From an uncultured Clostridia bacterium (lineage in GTDB: Bacteria > Bacillota > Clostridia > TANB77 > CAG-508), in assembly GCA_934155265.1 (NCBI GenBank), contig CAKPGU010000007.1, positions 6,580 through 70,579 on the forward strand: a DNA stretch of 64,000 nucleotides, written 5' to 3'. The notes beneath the pieces were generated by a model, which was given only the letters and a program-made list of their open reading frames with translations, did no database searches and was not told the DNA's origin. The position numbers and the translations under genes are program-made. Of this stretch, positions 1 through 10,050 are shown piece by piece. The first letter of the stretch is position 1, and every line of letters starts with the position of its first letter.

Positions 1-1917
1 AATTCCTTGTAATCCTGTTTTACGTGCAGAATTGTACTCAGCTAAAGCTGTTTTCTTTATTAATCCTTTCTTTGTAGCCATCAATAAATATTTTCCTTCT
101 GCAAAGTTTTGTATTGGAATTACTGCAGAAACTTTTTCACCTGCATCTAAGCTTAGCAAGTTTACAATTGCTGTTCCCCTAGCAGTTCTACCTGCTTCTG
201 GAACTTCATATCCTCTTAATTTATATAATTTTCCTTTATTAGTAAAGAATAAAATTGTATCATGTGTTGAAGCTGTAAAGATTTGTTTTACAAAGTCTTC
301 TTCTCTTGTTGCAATTCCTGTAATTCCTTTTCCACCACGTTTTTGACTTCTATATGTATCTATTGGCATTCTCTTAACATATCCAAAATGTGTTAAAGCT
401 ATTACAGATTGTTCTTCTTTAATTAAATCATCAATATCAATTTCTCCTTCTGCTGCAACAATCTTTGTTTTTCTATCATCTCCAAATTTATCTCTAATTT
501 CAATAAGTTCTTCTTTAATAATATCAAAAACTAATTTTTCGCTATTTAAAATTGCTCTTAAATGTTCAATTAATTCCATTAACTGTTTATATTCTTCTTC
601 AATTTTTTCACGTTGTAATCCTGATAATGTTTTTAATCTCATATCAAGAATTGCTTGTGCTTGAATATCAGTTAATCCAAATCTTTTCATTAATCTTTCT
701 TTAGCATCATCATATGAACTACGAATAATTGCAATTACTTCATCAATATTATCAATTGCTATTCTTAATCCTTCTAATATATGTGCTCTTGCAAGTGCTT
801 TATCTAAGTCGAATTGAGTTCTACGTAAAATTACTGTTTTTCTATGATCTATGTAACAATCTAAACATTGTCTTAAAGTTAAAATTTTTGGTTCATCATT
901 TACTAATGCTAACATTATTACACCAAATGTGTCTTGCATTTGTGTATTTTTATATAATTGGTTTAAAACAACTTGTGGATTAGCATCTCTTTTTAATTCC
1001 ATTACAATTCTAACTTTATCTTTTCTATCAGATTCATCACGTAATTCTGAAATTCCTTCAATTCTTTTTTCTCTTGTTAATCTGGCAATATTCTCAATTA
1101 AACGAGCCTTATTTACTTGATATGGTAATGATGAAACAATTATTCTTTGTTTGTTTCCACTCATTTCTTCTATTTCAGCTTCAGCTCTCATTATGATTTT
1201 ACCTTTTCCTGTTTTATAGGCCTCTTTAATTCCTTCTAAACCTAATATTAATCCACCTGTTGGGAAATCTGGTCCTTTTATAATTTTTATTAAATCATCA
1301 TCAGATACATTATCATCATCTATAATTTTTATAATACCATTTATTACTTCTGTTAAATTATGTGGTGGTATATTTGTTGCCATACCTACGGCAATACCAG
1401 ATGAACCATTAACTAATAATGCAGGTACTTTTGCTGGCAATACTTTTGGTTCTTGCAATCTGTCATCATAGTTTGGCATAAAATCTACAGTATTTTTTTC
1501 AATATCTACTAACATTTGCTCAGCTATTTTTGACATTCTTGCTTCTGTATACCTCATTGCTGCAGCTCCATCACCATCTATAGATCCAAAATTACCATGT
1601 CCATCAATTAACATATATCTCATTGAGAAGTCTTGTGCCATTCTTACCATTGCGTCATAAACAGATGCATCACCATGTGGATGATATCTTCCTAATACAG
1701 AACCAACTGTATTAGCACATTTCCTGTATGGCTTGTCTGATGTAATTCCATCTTCATGCATTGCATACAAAATTCTTCTATGTACTGGTTTCAATCCATC
1801 TCTTACGTCAGGTAACGCTCTTGATACAATTACACTCATTGCATAATCTATATAGGCAGTTCTCATCTCTTGTTCAATATCTCTCTGGATTACATTTCCA
1901 TCTTGTCGTTCTTCCAT
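1..1917 (-). CDS. gyrA: DNA gyrase subunit A, N-terminal 639 codons (3' end lies beyond the window edge)
   Basis: Minus-strand frame open from position 1 to ATG at 1917-1915. N-terminus MEERQDGNVIQRDIEQEMRTAYIDYAMSVIVSRALPDVRDGLKPVHRRILYAM and GRYHPHGDASVYDAMVRMAQDFSMRY are canonical GyrA. GAGG RBS ~9 nt upstream. Absent from the ORF track because it runs off the window. Confidence 0.97.
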   Translation of the reverse strand, partial: MEERQDGNVIQRDIEQEMRTAYIDYAMSVIVSRALPDVRDGLKPVHRRILYAMHEDGITSDKPYRKCANTVGSVLGRYHPHGDASVYDAMVRMAQDFSMRYMLIDGHGNFGSIDGDGAAAMRYTEARMSKIAEQMLVDIEKNTVDFMPNYDDRLQEPKVLPAKVPALLVNGSSGIAVGMATNIPPHNLTEVINGIIKIIDDDNVSDDDLIKIIKGPDFPTGGLILGLEGIKEAYKTGKGKIIMRAEAEIEEMSGNKQRIIVSSLPYQVNKARLIENIARLTREKRIEGISELRDESDRKDKVRIVMELKRDANPQVVLNQLYKNTQMQDTFGVIMLALVNDEPKILTLRQCLDCYIDHRKTVILRRTQFDLDKALARAHILEGLRIAIDNIDEVIAIIRSSYDDAKERLMKRFGLTDIQAQAILDMRLKTLSGLQREKIEEEYKQLMELIEHLRAILNSEKLVFDIIKEELIEIRDKFGDDRKTKIVAAEGEIDIDDLIKEEQSVIALTHFGYVKRMPIDTYRSQKRGGKGITGIATREEDFVKQIFTASTHDTILFFTNKGKLYKLRGYEVPEAGRTARGTAIVNLLSLDAGEKVSAVIPIQNFAEGKYLLMATKKGLIKKTALAEYNSARKTGLQGI

Positions 1918-1955
1918 AGTTTTCTACCTCTTTCTTTTTTTACTTTTACAGTTGT

Positions 1956-1984
1956 ATTATATTATACTAATCCTTATTTTGCAA
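1956..1984 (-). promoter_or_regulatory. sigmaA-type promoter dedicated to gyrA
   Basis: Minus strand TTGCAA (1984-1979), 17-nt spacer, TATAAT (1961-1956), about 35 nt upstream of the gyrA RBS. Confidence 0.5.
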
Positions 1985-2015
1985 GGCTTTTCGGCAATTA
2001 TTTTGTTTTTTTTCC

Positions 2016-2273
2016 TTACTTTTTTATACTATTTATTATGAAATTTATTCCATCTTTAAAACCCTCTTTATAATATAATTCACTAATTATTCCTAGCTTT
2101 ATATTCTCTCTTTCTTCCACATTTTCTTCCTTTATATTTTTTATTCTTTTATGATATTCTTCTTGAATATTTTTCTCTACAATTTCTTGTCTTTTTATAT
2201 AAATTTCATTTAAAATTTCATCAAACATATTATCACCAAAATTATTATTTACAATTTTAATTTTTTTATTCAT
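2016..2273 (-). CDS. hypothetical small protein (85 aa; may start at internal ATG 2228)
   Basis: ORF track. K/E/N-rich helical sequence, no RBS at 2273, GGTGA RBS before the internal ATG. Divergent from the XRE gene. No family recognised. Confidence 0.4.
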   Translation of the reverse strand: MNKKIKIVNNNFGDNMFDEILNEIYIKRQEIVEKNIQEEYHKRIKNIKEENVEERENIKLGIISELYYKEGFKDGINFIINSIKK

Positions 2274-2399
2274 TTAAAATATTCGTTTAAATATTATATA
2301 ATATTCTCGTTATATGTGAGTGTTAAATATACGCTTTTTGCATATTATCTGTTGGTATTTTTCGCTATATAATGTAAAAAAAATTTTTGAGGTGAGTAT

Positions 2400-2756
2400 A
2401 TGCAATTTAATCAAGATGATATTGATATTGGAGAAAGATTAAGAGGAATAAGAGAAGGAATGCAAATGACTAGAGAAGAGTTTTCTGAAAAAATAGATAT
2501 AACAGATTCTTTTTTAGGACAAATTGAAAGAGGCGAACGTTCTTTAAGTGTAAAAACACTAAAAAAAGTTGTAAAATACACCGGTGTTTCTGCAGATTAT
2601 TTATTATTTGGAAATAATTCTCAAAATGATACTATTCAAAAAATAAATAATATTTTAACAGTAAATTCTAATAATTTAACCTCTGATTTCATTTATCATA
2701 TAGTAATGTGTTCAAATGATTTTTGTAAAAAATTATCAGATGAAAATAAAAATTAA
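2400..2756 (+). CDS. XRE-family helix-turn-helix transcriptional regulator
   Basis: HTH_3-like IGERLRGIREGMQMTREEFSEKIDITDSFLGQIERGERSLSVKTLKKVVKYTGVSADYLLFG. GAGGTG RBS 5 nt before the ATG. Confidence 0.85.
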   Translation: MQFNQDDIDIGERLRGIREGMQMTREEFSEKIDITDSFLGQIERGERSLSVKTLKKVVKYTGVSADYLLFGNNSQNDTIQKINNILTVNSNNLTSDFIYHIVMCSNDFCKKLSDENKN

Positions 2757-2762
2757 TATTTT

Positions 2763-3458
2763 TTATTGGGCAAAATTTTCTATTATATTTTTTTCAGCTT
2801 CAGTTATATTAAAATTTTGTCCATTATTTTTTATTAATTCATGAAGTGTTTCTACTTTTCTTGTTTCTTTTAAAATATTTTCTAATGGTATAACTTTATT
2901 CATTTGTGTTCTTATTTTATTATATTCTTTTGTCATTCCTTCAAAATCTTTATTATTATAATATTCTTTCCAATTATTAACATATTTTTCTAATTTTTCA
3001 ACTGAATTTGTTTGTTGATCTAATTCACTTTTTATATTATTTGTAATATTATTTAATAAAACATTTTTACCATTTTTTATTATAGAAGTTACTGTTTTAT
3101 CAATATATCCTCTTCTATATGTAGTATTTATTGCCTTATCTAACACATTTGATACAGTATCTACAATTCCACCATTTCCTACAGCTATTTTTACCTGATC
3201 CATATTTTCGAAATTTCCTGTAACAATTCCAACTGCACTTTTCCCTAGGTTTATTGCAGAATTAACAGCTGTATCAATTCCAGATTTTAATCCATTTTGT
3301 AATAATGCATTTTTTATATCAATAACTTGATTTTCAATTAAATCTGGTAAAATTGCTCTTAATCCAATATCTATTGCAGTATTTATTGTTTTTCCAAGCA
3401 CACTATTTAAAAAATTATTTTTTTCTATATTATTATTTAATTCTACATTTAATTCCAT
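2763..3458 (-). CDS. hypothetical Asn/Ile-rich helical protein (231 aa)
   Basis: Track ORF is 2763-3488. I prefer the ATG at 3458 (MELNVELNNN) because it has an AAAGGAA RBS and starts 1 nt after the upstream stop. No TM segment, no family recognised. Confidence 0.6.
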   Translation of the reverse strand: MELNVELNNNIEKNNFLNSVLGKTINTAIDIGLRAILPDLIENQVIDIKNALLQNGLKSGIDTAVNSAINLGKSAVGIVTGNFENMDQVKIAVGNGGIVDTVSNVLDKAINTTYRRGYIDKTVTSIIKNGKNVLLNNITNNIKSELDQQTNSVEKLEKYVNNWKEYYNNKDFEGMTKEYNKIRTQMNKVIPLENILKETRKVETLHELIKNNGQNFNITEAEKNIIENFAQ

Positions 3459-3459
3459 A

Positions 3460-5337
3460 TTATTTTTCCTTTCTATTTTTTTCTTCAATTATTTCTTTTT
3501 CAAAATCATTTGCTTCAATTTTAATTAAAATATGTTCATCACCAACAAAAGTTAAACACTCCCCTCTTCTTAAAGATTTTATTTCTATTTTTTCTTTTTC
3601 TGATAAATTTGAATATTGTGATAATACTTTAATATTTTCTTCTTCAAGAGAAAAAAATGTTTTTATACTAGAATTATTTAATATACTTTTTCCATATGTT
3701 CCATTTTCTAAACTAAATAAATCTGAAATATCTTGAGTAATTGCAACACTACTTCCCCCATATTTTCTTATTGTTTTAAATATTTTATAAATAAATTTAG
3801 CAACTTCTTTATTAGATGTAACACCAATTAATCTCCATATTTCATCTAAATAAATTGCTTTTTTTATTTTTCTATTTATTTTTATTTTATCCCAAAATAA
3901 TTCAGTAAATAAATACATTCCATATTTCATATTTTCTTCACCTAATTCATAAACATCTGCAATAATTAATTTTTTATTTAATTCAATATTTGTATAATTA
4001 TTAAAAAATTTTAATGAACCTTTAATAAATGGTATTAATTTAATTTTAAATTTTTTTGTTTTTTCATCATTTAAATTATTATATAAATCTTCTAATATTG
4101 GCATATCTTTTGTAGTTTTAAATTTTCCTTTTTTATATAATGATTTATCATTAAAATTAATATTTTTTATTTTATATGTTAAAATTATTTTTTCTTCTAA
4201 TATTGCTTTTTCTTCTTCATTTAATTCTCCAAAAATTAAATTAAAAAATCCTAATAATTTTCCTATTTTTGTTGCTAAATATCCATGTTCATTTTCTTCT
4301 ATACTTTCTTTTCTAATATCAAAAATATTAATATAATTTTCTGCTGTTGGTCCAATTTTTATTATTGTTCCATTCATTTTTTCAACAATATTTTGATACT
4401 CTCTTTCTGGGTCGATTACATATTGTTCTATTCCTAATAAAGTATTTCTTAAAATTAATAATTTTGTATAAAAAGATTTTCCAGCTCCACTAGTTCCAAA
4501 AATACACATATTTGCATTTTTATATTTTTGAGTATTATATCTATCAATTAAAATTAAAGAATTATTATACATATTATTTCCTATATAAATTCCCTTTTCT
4601 TCTAAAATAGATGATGAAATAAATGGGTAAGTACTAATTAATCCAGATGTCAAAATATTCCTTTTTCCAACTCTTTTTAAATCCTCATTATTTGAAAATA
4701 TTGGTAAACATGAAGTAAATATTTGTTCCTGCCTAAAGTTTGATCTTCTTGTCTGTAGCCCTTTACTCTGTAGTATTCCCTCTATTTTATCCAAATTATA
4801 TTCCAGTTCTTTTTTATCCTTTGCAAATATATTTAAATAAATATATAAAAAATAAATATCTTCATTATTTATCTGAATTTCTTTTCTTAAATATTTCGCA
4901 TCATTATATGCAGATTCTGCCAAATCAATATCTTGTCTATTTTCATTAGATTGTTTTAATTCGACTCCAACATTTCCAATATTATATGTAATTTCTTTTA
5001 TTGTTTTCGAAACATCTCCTCTTTCATAAAAAATAGAAATATTCATATTAATATTAGTTTCGATTAATGATTTTAAAATTAATTCATTATATTCTCTATA
5101 ATAATTTACTATAATTATTCCAGAATAAAAATATTCATCAATTTCTAAATATTTAGGATTTTTTAAATTAATATATGTTGGCGAAATAAAATCTTTTTCT
5201 GAAAAATTTCCTTCATTAATATTTAATTTATTTTTTTTAATTTTTATATTTTTATTTAAATATTTAATTATTTTATTTTTAATTAATTTTTTATCTATTT
5301 TTTCTTTATTTTTTATTAATATCTCCTCCCTATTTTT
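3460..5337 (-). CDS. VirB4/TrsE-like conjugative ATPase, ATPase portion (open frame 3460-5337; first ATG only at 5046)
   Basis: Walker A IFGTSGAGKSFYTK, Walker B AIYLDEIWRL, GGSSVAITQDISDL, in the same motif order as ORF 25373-27337. Codons 5337-5047 contain no ATG/GTG/TTG but still read like VirB4 (FISPTYINLKNPKYLEIDEYFYSGIIIVNYYREY). Confidence 0.8.
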   Translation of the reverse strand, partial: KNREEILIKNKEKIDKKLIKNKIIKYLNKNIKIKKNKLNINEGNFSEKDFISPTYINLKNPKYLEIDEYFYSGIIIVNYYREYNELILKSLIETNINMNISIFYERGDVSKTIKEITYNIGNVGVELKQSNENRQDIDLAESAYNDAKYLRKEIQINNEDIYFLYIYLNIFAKDKKELEYNLDKIEGILQSKGLQTRRSNFRQEQIFTSCLPIFSNNEDLKRVGKRNILTSGLISTYPFISSSILEEKGIYIGNNMYNNSLILIDRYNTQKYKNANMCIFGTSGAGKSFYTKLLILRNTLLGIEQYVIDPEREYQNIVEKMNGTIIKIGPTAENYINIFDIRKESIEENEHGYLATKIGKLLGFFNLIFGELNEEEKAILEEKIILTYKIKNINFNDKSLYKKGKFKTTKDMPILEDLYNNLNDEKTKKFKIKLIPFIKGSLKFFNNYTNIELNKKLIIADVYELGEENMKYGMYLFTELFWDKIKINRKIKKAIYLDEIWRLIGVTSNKEVAKFIYKIFKTIRKYGGSSVAITQDISDLFSLENGTYGKSILNNSSIKTFFSLEEENIKVLSQYSNLSEKEKIEIKSLRRGECLTFVGDEHILIKIEANDFEKEIIEEKNRKEK

Positions 5338-5884
5338 CTAAAAATCTTTTTAAATTAAAAAAAGAAAATAAAATATCTATAGTTTCTTTTTTATTACATT
5401 CTAAAACAATATTTCCACATCTAATTAAATTATCTTTAATTTTAAAATATTTTTCATTTAATTCTTGAATTATATTTTCTTCTAAATTTTCTGAAGTATT
5501 TTTTATTATTAAATATATATTTTTAGAAGCAGCTTTATTTTTATTACTTTGCTCTTTTATAAAATTTAAATATTCTTCAGAATATTTTTTTATTATTTTA
5601 TTATTTTGCTTTTGGGTAATATTTTTTATATTTTCTATGTGACCACTTAAATCTTCTTTCTTACTTTGAATTAAAATTTGCATATCAAAATTACATGTTT
5701 TCAAAAAAACTTTATATGAATTTAAAATTGATTCTTTTTCTAATTGTGTCTTTAAATTAAAATTGATTGGAATAACTTTTAAAATTTTAATATATTTATT
5801 TTTTTCTATTTTTATTATTCCATTATCTAAAATTTTATCTATTGGTATCCATTTCTGTATTGACTTAATTCCTTCCACCTCCAA
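5330..5884 (-). CDS. VirB4-like N-terminal domain ORF (184 codons), frame-disconnected from 3460-5337
   Basis: IQKWIPIDKILDNGIIKIEKNKYIKILKVIPINFNLKTQLEKESILNSYKVFLKTCNFDMQILIQSKK parallels the N-domain of ORF 24202-25422 and of Tn916 Orf16-type VirB4. Stops at TAG 5332-5330. The track start is a TTG lying inside the GGAGGTG SD. Confidence 0.7.
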   Translation of the reverse strand: MEVEGIKSIQKWIPIDKILDNGIIKIEKNKYIKILKVIPINFNLKTQLEKESILNSYKVFLKTCNFDMQILIQSKKEDLSGHIENIKNITQKQNNKIIKKYSEEYLNFIKEQSNKNKAASKNIYLIIKNTSENLEENIIQELNEKYFKIKDNLIRCGNIVLECNKKETIDILFSFFNLKRFLEK

Positions 5885-5922
5885 TCAAATATCTATTTAA
5901 CTAAAGCTTTAATATGATTAAT

Positions 5923-5978
5923 ATTATAGTGTGTTTTACTCTATTTTGTCAAGGAAAATCGTTCGACAAAGTACGACA
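5923..5978 (-). promoter_or_regulatory. sigmaA-type promoter with two tandem Spo0A-box-like motifs
   Basis: Minus strand: TGTCGTA (5978-5972), 10-bp phasing, TGTCGAA (5968-5962), 9 nt, TTGACA (5952-5947), 18 nt, TATAAT (5928-5923). About 35 nt upstream of the SD of ORF 5884-5330. Confidence 0.45.
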
Positions 5979-6455
5979 TAATTTGAAAATTTTTCCATTT
6001 AAAATTATTTTAATTTTTTTGTATAATAAAAAAATTTTTGCACATAATATGTGTATAAGGTTAATATCAGTTGAGTGAAGAGTGTTAATAGATTAGGATT
6101 TGGTTTATTAATATTCGAGCAAAGATGTATGTTGGTTTATTTTTATAGATTGATATATGTCGGCGTTAAAAATATATTATGTGTATGCAAGCTGTATTTT
6201 ATTTAAATTTTCAAGGATTATTTTTATATTTTATATATGGTTAAATTATATGTAATATATTTGAACTAAGATTATTTTTGTATTATATGGGATTGTTATT
6301 AGTCCCTTGTGGATGAATATAGTTTCTACTAGTGCATTTATAGTCGAACGACTGATTAATATATGTGGTGTATGGTTTATTTGTATAGCAATATACATTA
6401 GATCAAACCACTATATATATTAGTTTGAGTTAAGATTGTTATTGGCTTTATAGAT

Positions 6456-6486
6456 AATAGCTAGTAGGAATTTCCTACTAGCTATT
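6456..6486 (-). terminator. perfect 15-bp hairpin just after the gyrB stop
   Basis: AATAGCTAGTAGGAA / TTCCTACTAGCTATT, 5 nt downstream of the gyrB stop. No clear T-run on the minus strand. Confidence 0.4.
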
Positions 6487-6490
6487 AATT

Positions 6491-8422
<1,932 letters not shown>

Positions 8423-8480
8423 TCAATTTCCTTCCTTTCAATAGCACATTATTGGAAAAATTTTCAATTTCTAAATGTAC

Positions 8481-9554
8481 TTATTCTTTTTCTATAACCT
8501 CTCCATTTATAACATTATACGAAAAATAATTTAAATTTTCAAGTGTTATTTTTTCAGTACAAGTTATAATTACTTGAATATTTTTTATATGATTTAAAAA
8601 ATTCTCTCTTCTTTTGCAATCTAATTCAGACATAAAATCATCTAATAATAAAATTGGATATTCACCAATATCATCATAAATAACTTGTAATTCTGATAAT
8701 TTTAATGAAAGCATAGCTGTTCTATTTTGACCTTGTGATCCAAATACTCCAACTTCCTTCTTATTTATATATATCACAAAATCGTCTCGATGTATACCCT
8801 TTGTTGTAAATCCTTTTATTATATCTAACTTTCTTCTTGATTTTAACTCATTTATAAAATTTTGTCTAGTAGTCGCATCAGAAAAATATTTAATTTCTAT
8901 TTCTTCTTTTTCATCTGTAATTTCTTTATGAATATTTTCTATTTTATTTTGTAATTTTTCAATAAATTCTTTTCTATACTCATAAATCTTCATTCCGTAA
9001 TCAATTAATTTTTCATCCCAAATATCTAATAAATTTTCATCTTTATTTTCTAATTTAATTTGTTTTAAATAATTATTTCTTTGCTCCATTGTTTTAGAAT
9101 ATAATGATAATAAATGCATATAATTAGGTCTTAATTGACTAATCATAATATCCAAGAATTTTCTTCTATTTTGTGGACCACCTTTTAAAATATTAATATC
9201 ATCTGGAGTAAAAATTACTATATTAATATTTCCTAATAATTCACTTAATTTTTTTAATTTAATTCCATTTAAATTAACTTGTTTTTTTTCTGCAATTTCT
9301 ATTTTTATATTTCCTTCTCTATCACTTTTTTGAAAATTAATTTCAACTAATGTTTTTTCTTTATTAAATTTAATTAATTCTTTTTCTTTATTAGTTCTAA
9401 AAGATTTTCCAATACTGCTCAAAAAAATTGATTCAATTATATTTGTTTTTCCTTGTGCATTTTGTCCATAAAATACATTTATATTTTCATGTAATTTTAT
9501 TTCTTGATAATCATAATTCCTAAAATTAATTAATTTTATATTTTTTATCCACAT
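8481..9554 (-). CDS. recF: DNA replication/repair protein RecF
   Basis: Walker A GQNAQGKTNIIESI, SQGQNRTAMLSLKLSE, LLLDDFMSELD. ATG at 9554 (MWIKNIKLINFRNY) has a GGAG RBS. The track start at 9566 lies inside that RBS. Confidence 0.95.
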   Translation of the reverse strand: MWIKNIKLINFRNYDYQEIKLHENINVFYGQNAQGKTNIIESIFLSSIGKSFRTNKEKELIKFNKEKTLVEINFQKSDREGNIKIEIAEKKQVNLNGIKLKKLSELLGNINIVIFTPDDINILKGGPQNRRKFLDIMISQLRPNYMHLLSLYSKTMEQRNNYLKQIKLENKDENLLDIWDEKLIDYGMKIYEYRKEFIEKLQNKIENIHKEITDEKEEIEIKYFSDATTRQNFINELKSRRKLDIIKGFTTKGIHRDDFVIYINKKEVGVFGSQGQNRTAMLSLKLSELQVIYDDIGEYPILLLDDFMSELDCKRRENFLNHIKNIQVIITCTEKITLENLNYFSYNVINGEVIEKE

Positions 9555-9628
9555 ATTAATCTCCATTTGTGTATAATTTTTTTATTTTTTAATAAAAATT
9601 TAAACATGAAATTATATTACTAAAAAAT

Positions 9629-9792
9629 AAAAACGCTTTATTTTTGATTTTCGCGCGTCGATTTTTTTATTATTTTTATTTTAATTTTACAATTTTTTAT
9701 TTTTTTATTTAATAAAATTATACTAGTTAAAAATTAAAACGTCTTATTTTGGATTCTCGTGCGTCGATTTTTTTTATTATTTTTTTATTTTT
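9629..9792. repeat. two ~55-bp direct repeats (period ~107 bp) in the recF-dnaN spacer
   Basis: AAAACGCTTTATTTTTGATTTTCGCGCGTCGATTTTTTTATTATTTTT (9629-) versus AAAACGTCTTATTTTGGATTCTCGTGCGTCGATTTTTTTTATTATTTTT (9736-). These are the only G/C islands in a ~480-bp A/T stretch. Confidence 0.6.
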
Positions 9793-9925
9793 TTTATACA
9801 TTTTTTTAATTATTTTTATTTTATTTTTTATTTTTCTATAATTATTTATTTAATTAAAATTTATTTATATTAAGTAAACCTTTTTCAATTTTTAATATTA
9901 TAAAAAACTTTTAATATCTTTTTTT

Positions 9926-9965
9926 TTCTAATTTATTCTATTTTATTCTAATTTATTCTATTTTT
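9926..9965. repeat. 2 x 20-bp tandem repeat
   Basis: TTCTAATTTATTCTATTTTA repeated head-to-tail (9926-9945, 9946-9965; the last base differs). Confidence 0.7.
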
Positions 9966-10011
9966 TAATATTTAAATATTATTTATTTTTTGTGTATAAT
10001 TATGTATAGTA

Positions 10012-10046
10012 AAATAAAAATTGGTCAGAAGTTTTCCTCTGACCAA
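10012..10046 (-). terminator. rho-independent terminator of dnaN
   Basis: TTGGTCAGA / TCTGACCAA stem directly after the dnaN stop, followed on the minus strand by TTTTTATTT. Confidence 0.7.
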
Positions 10047-10050
10047 ACCT

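Larger units (their letters stand above)
2016..5978 (-). mobile_element. remnant of a conjugative-element-like module inserted between gyrB and gyrA
   Basis: VirB4-like gene in two pieces plus an XRE regulator and unknown ORFs occupy a position where gyrB and gyrA are normally adjacent. No recombinase seen. Confidence 0.4.
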
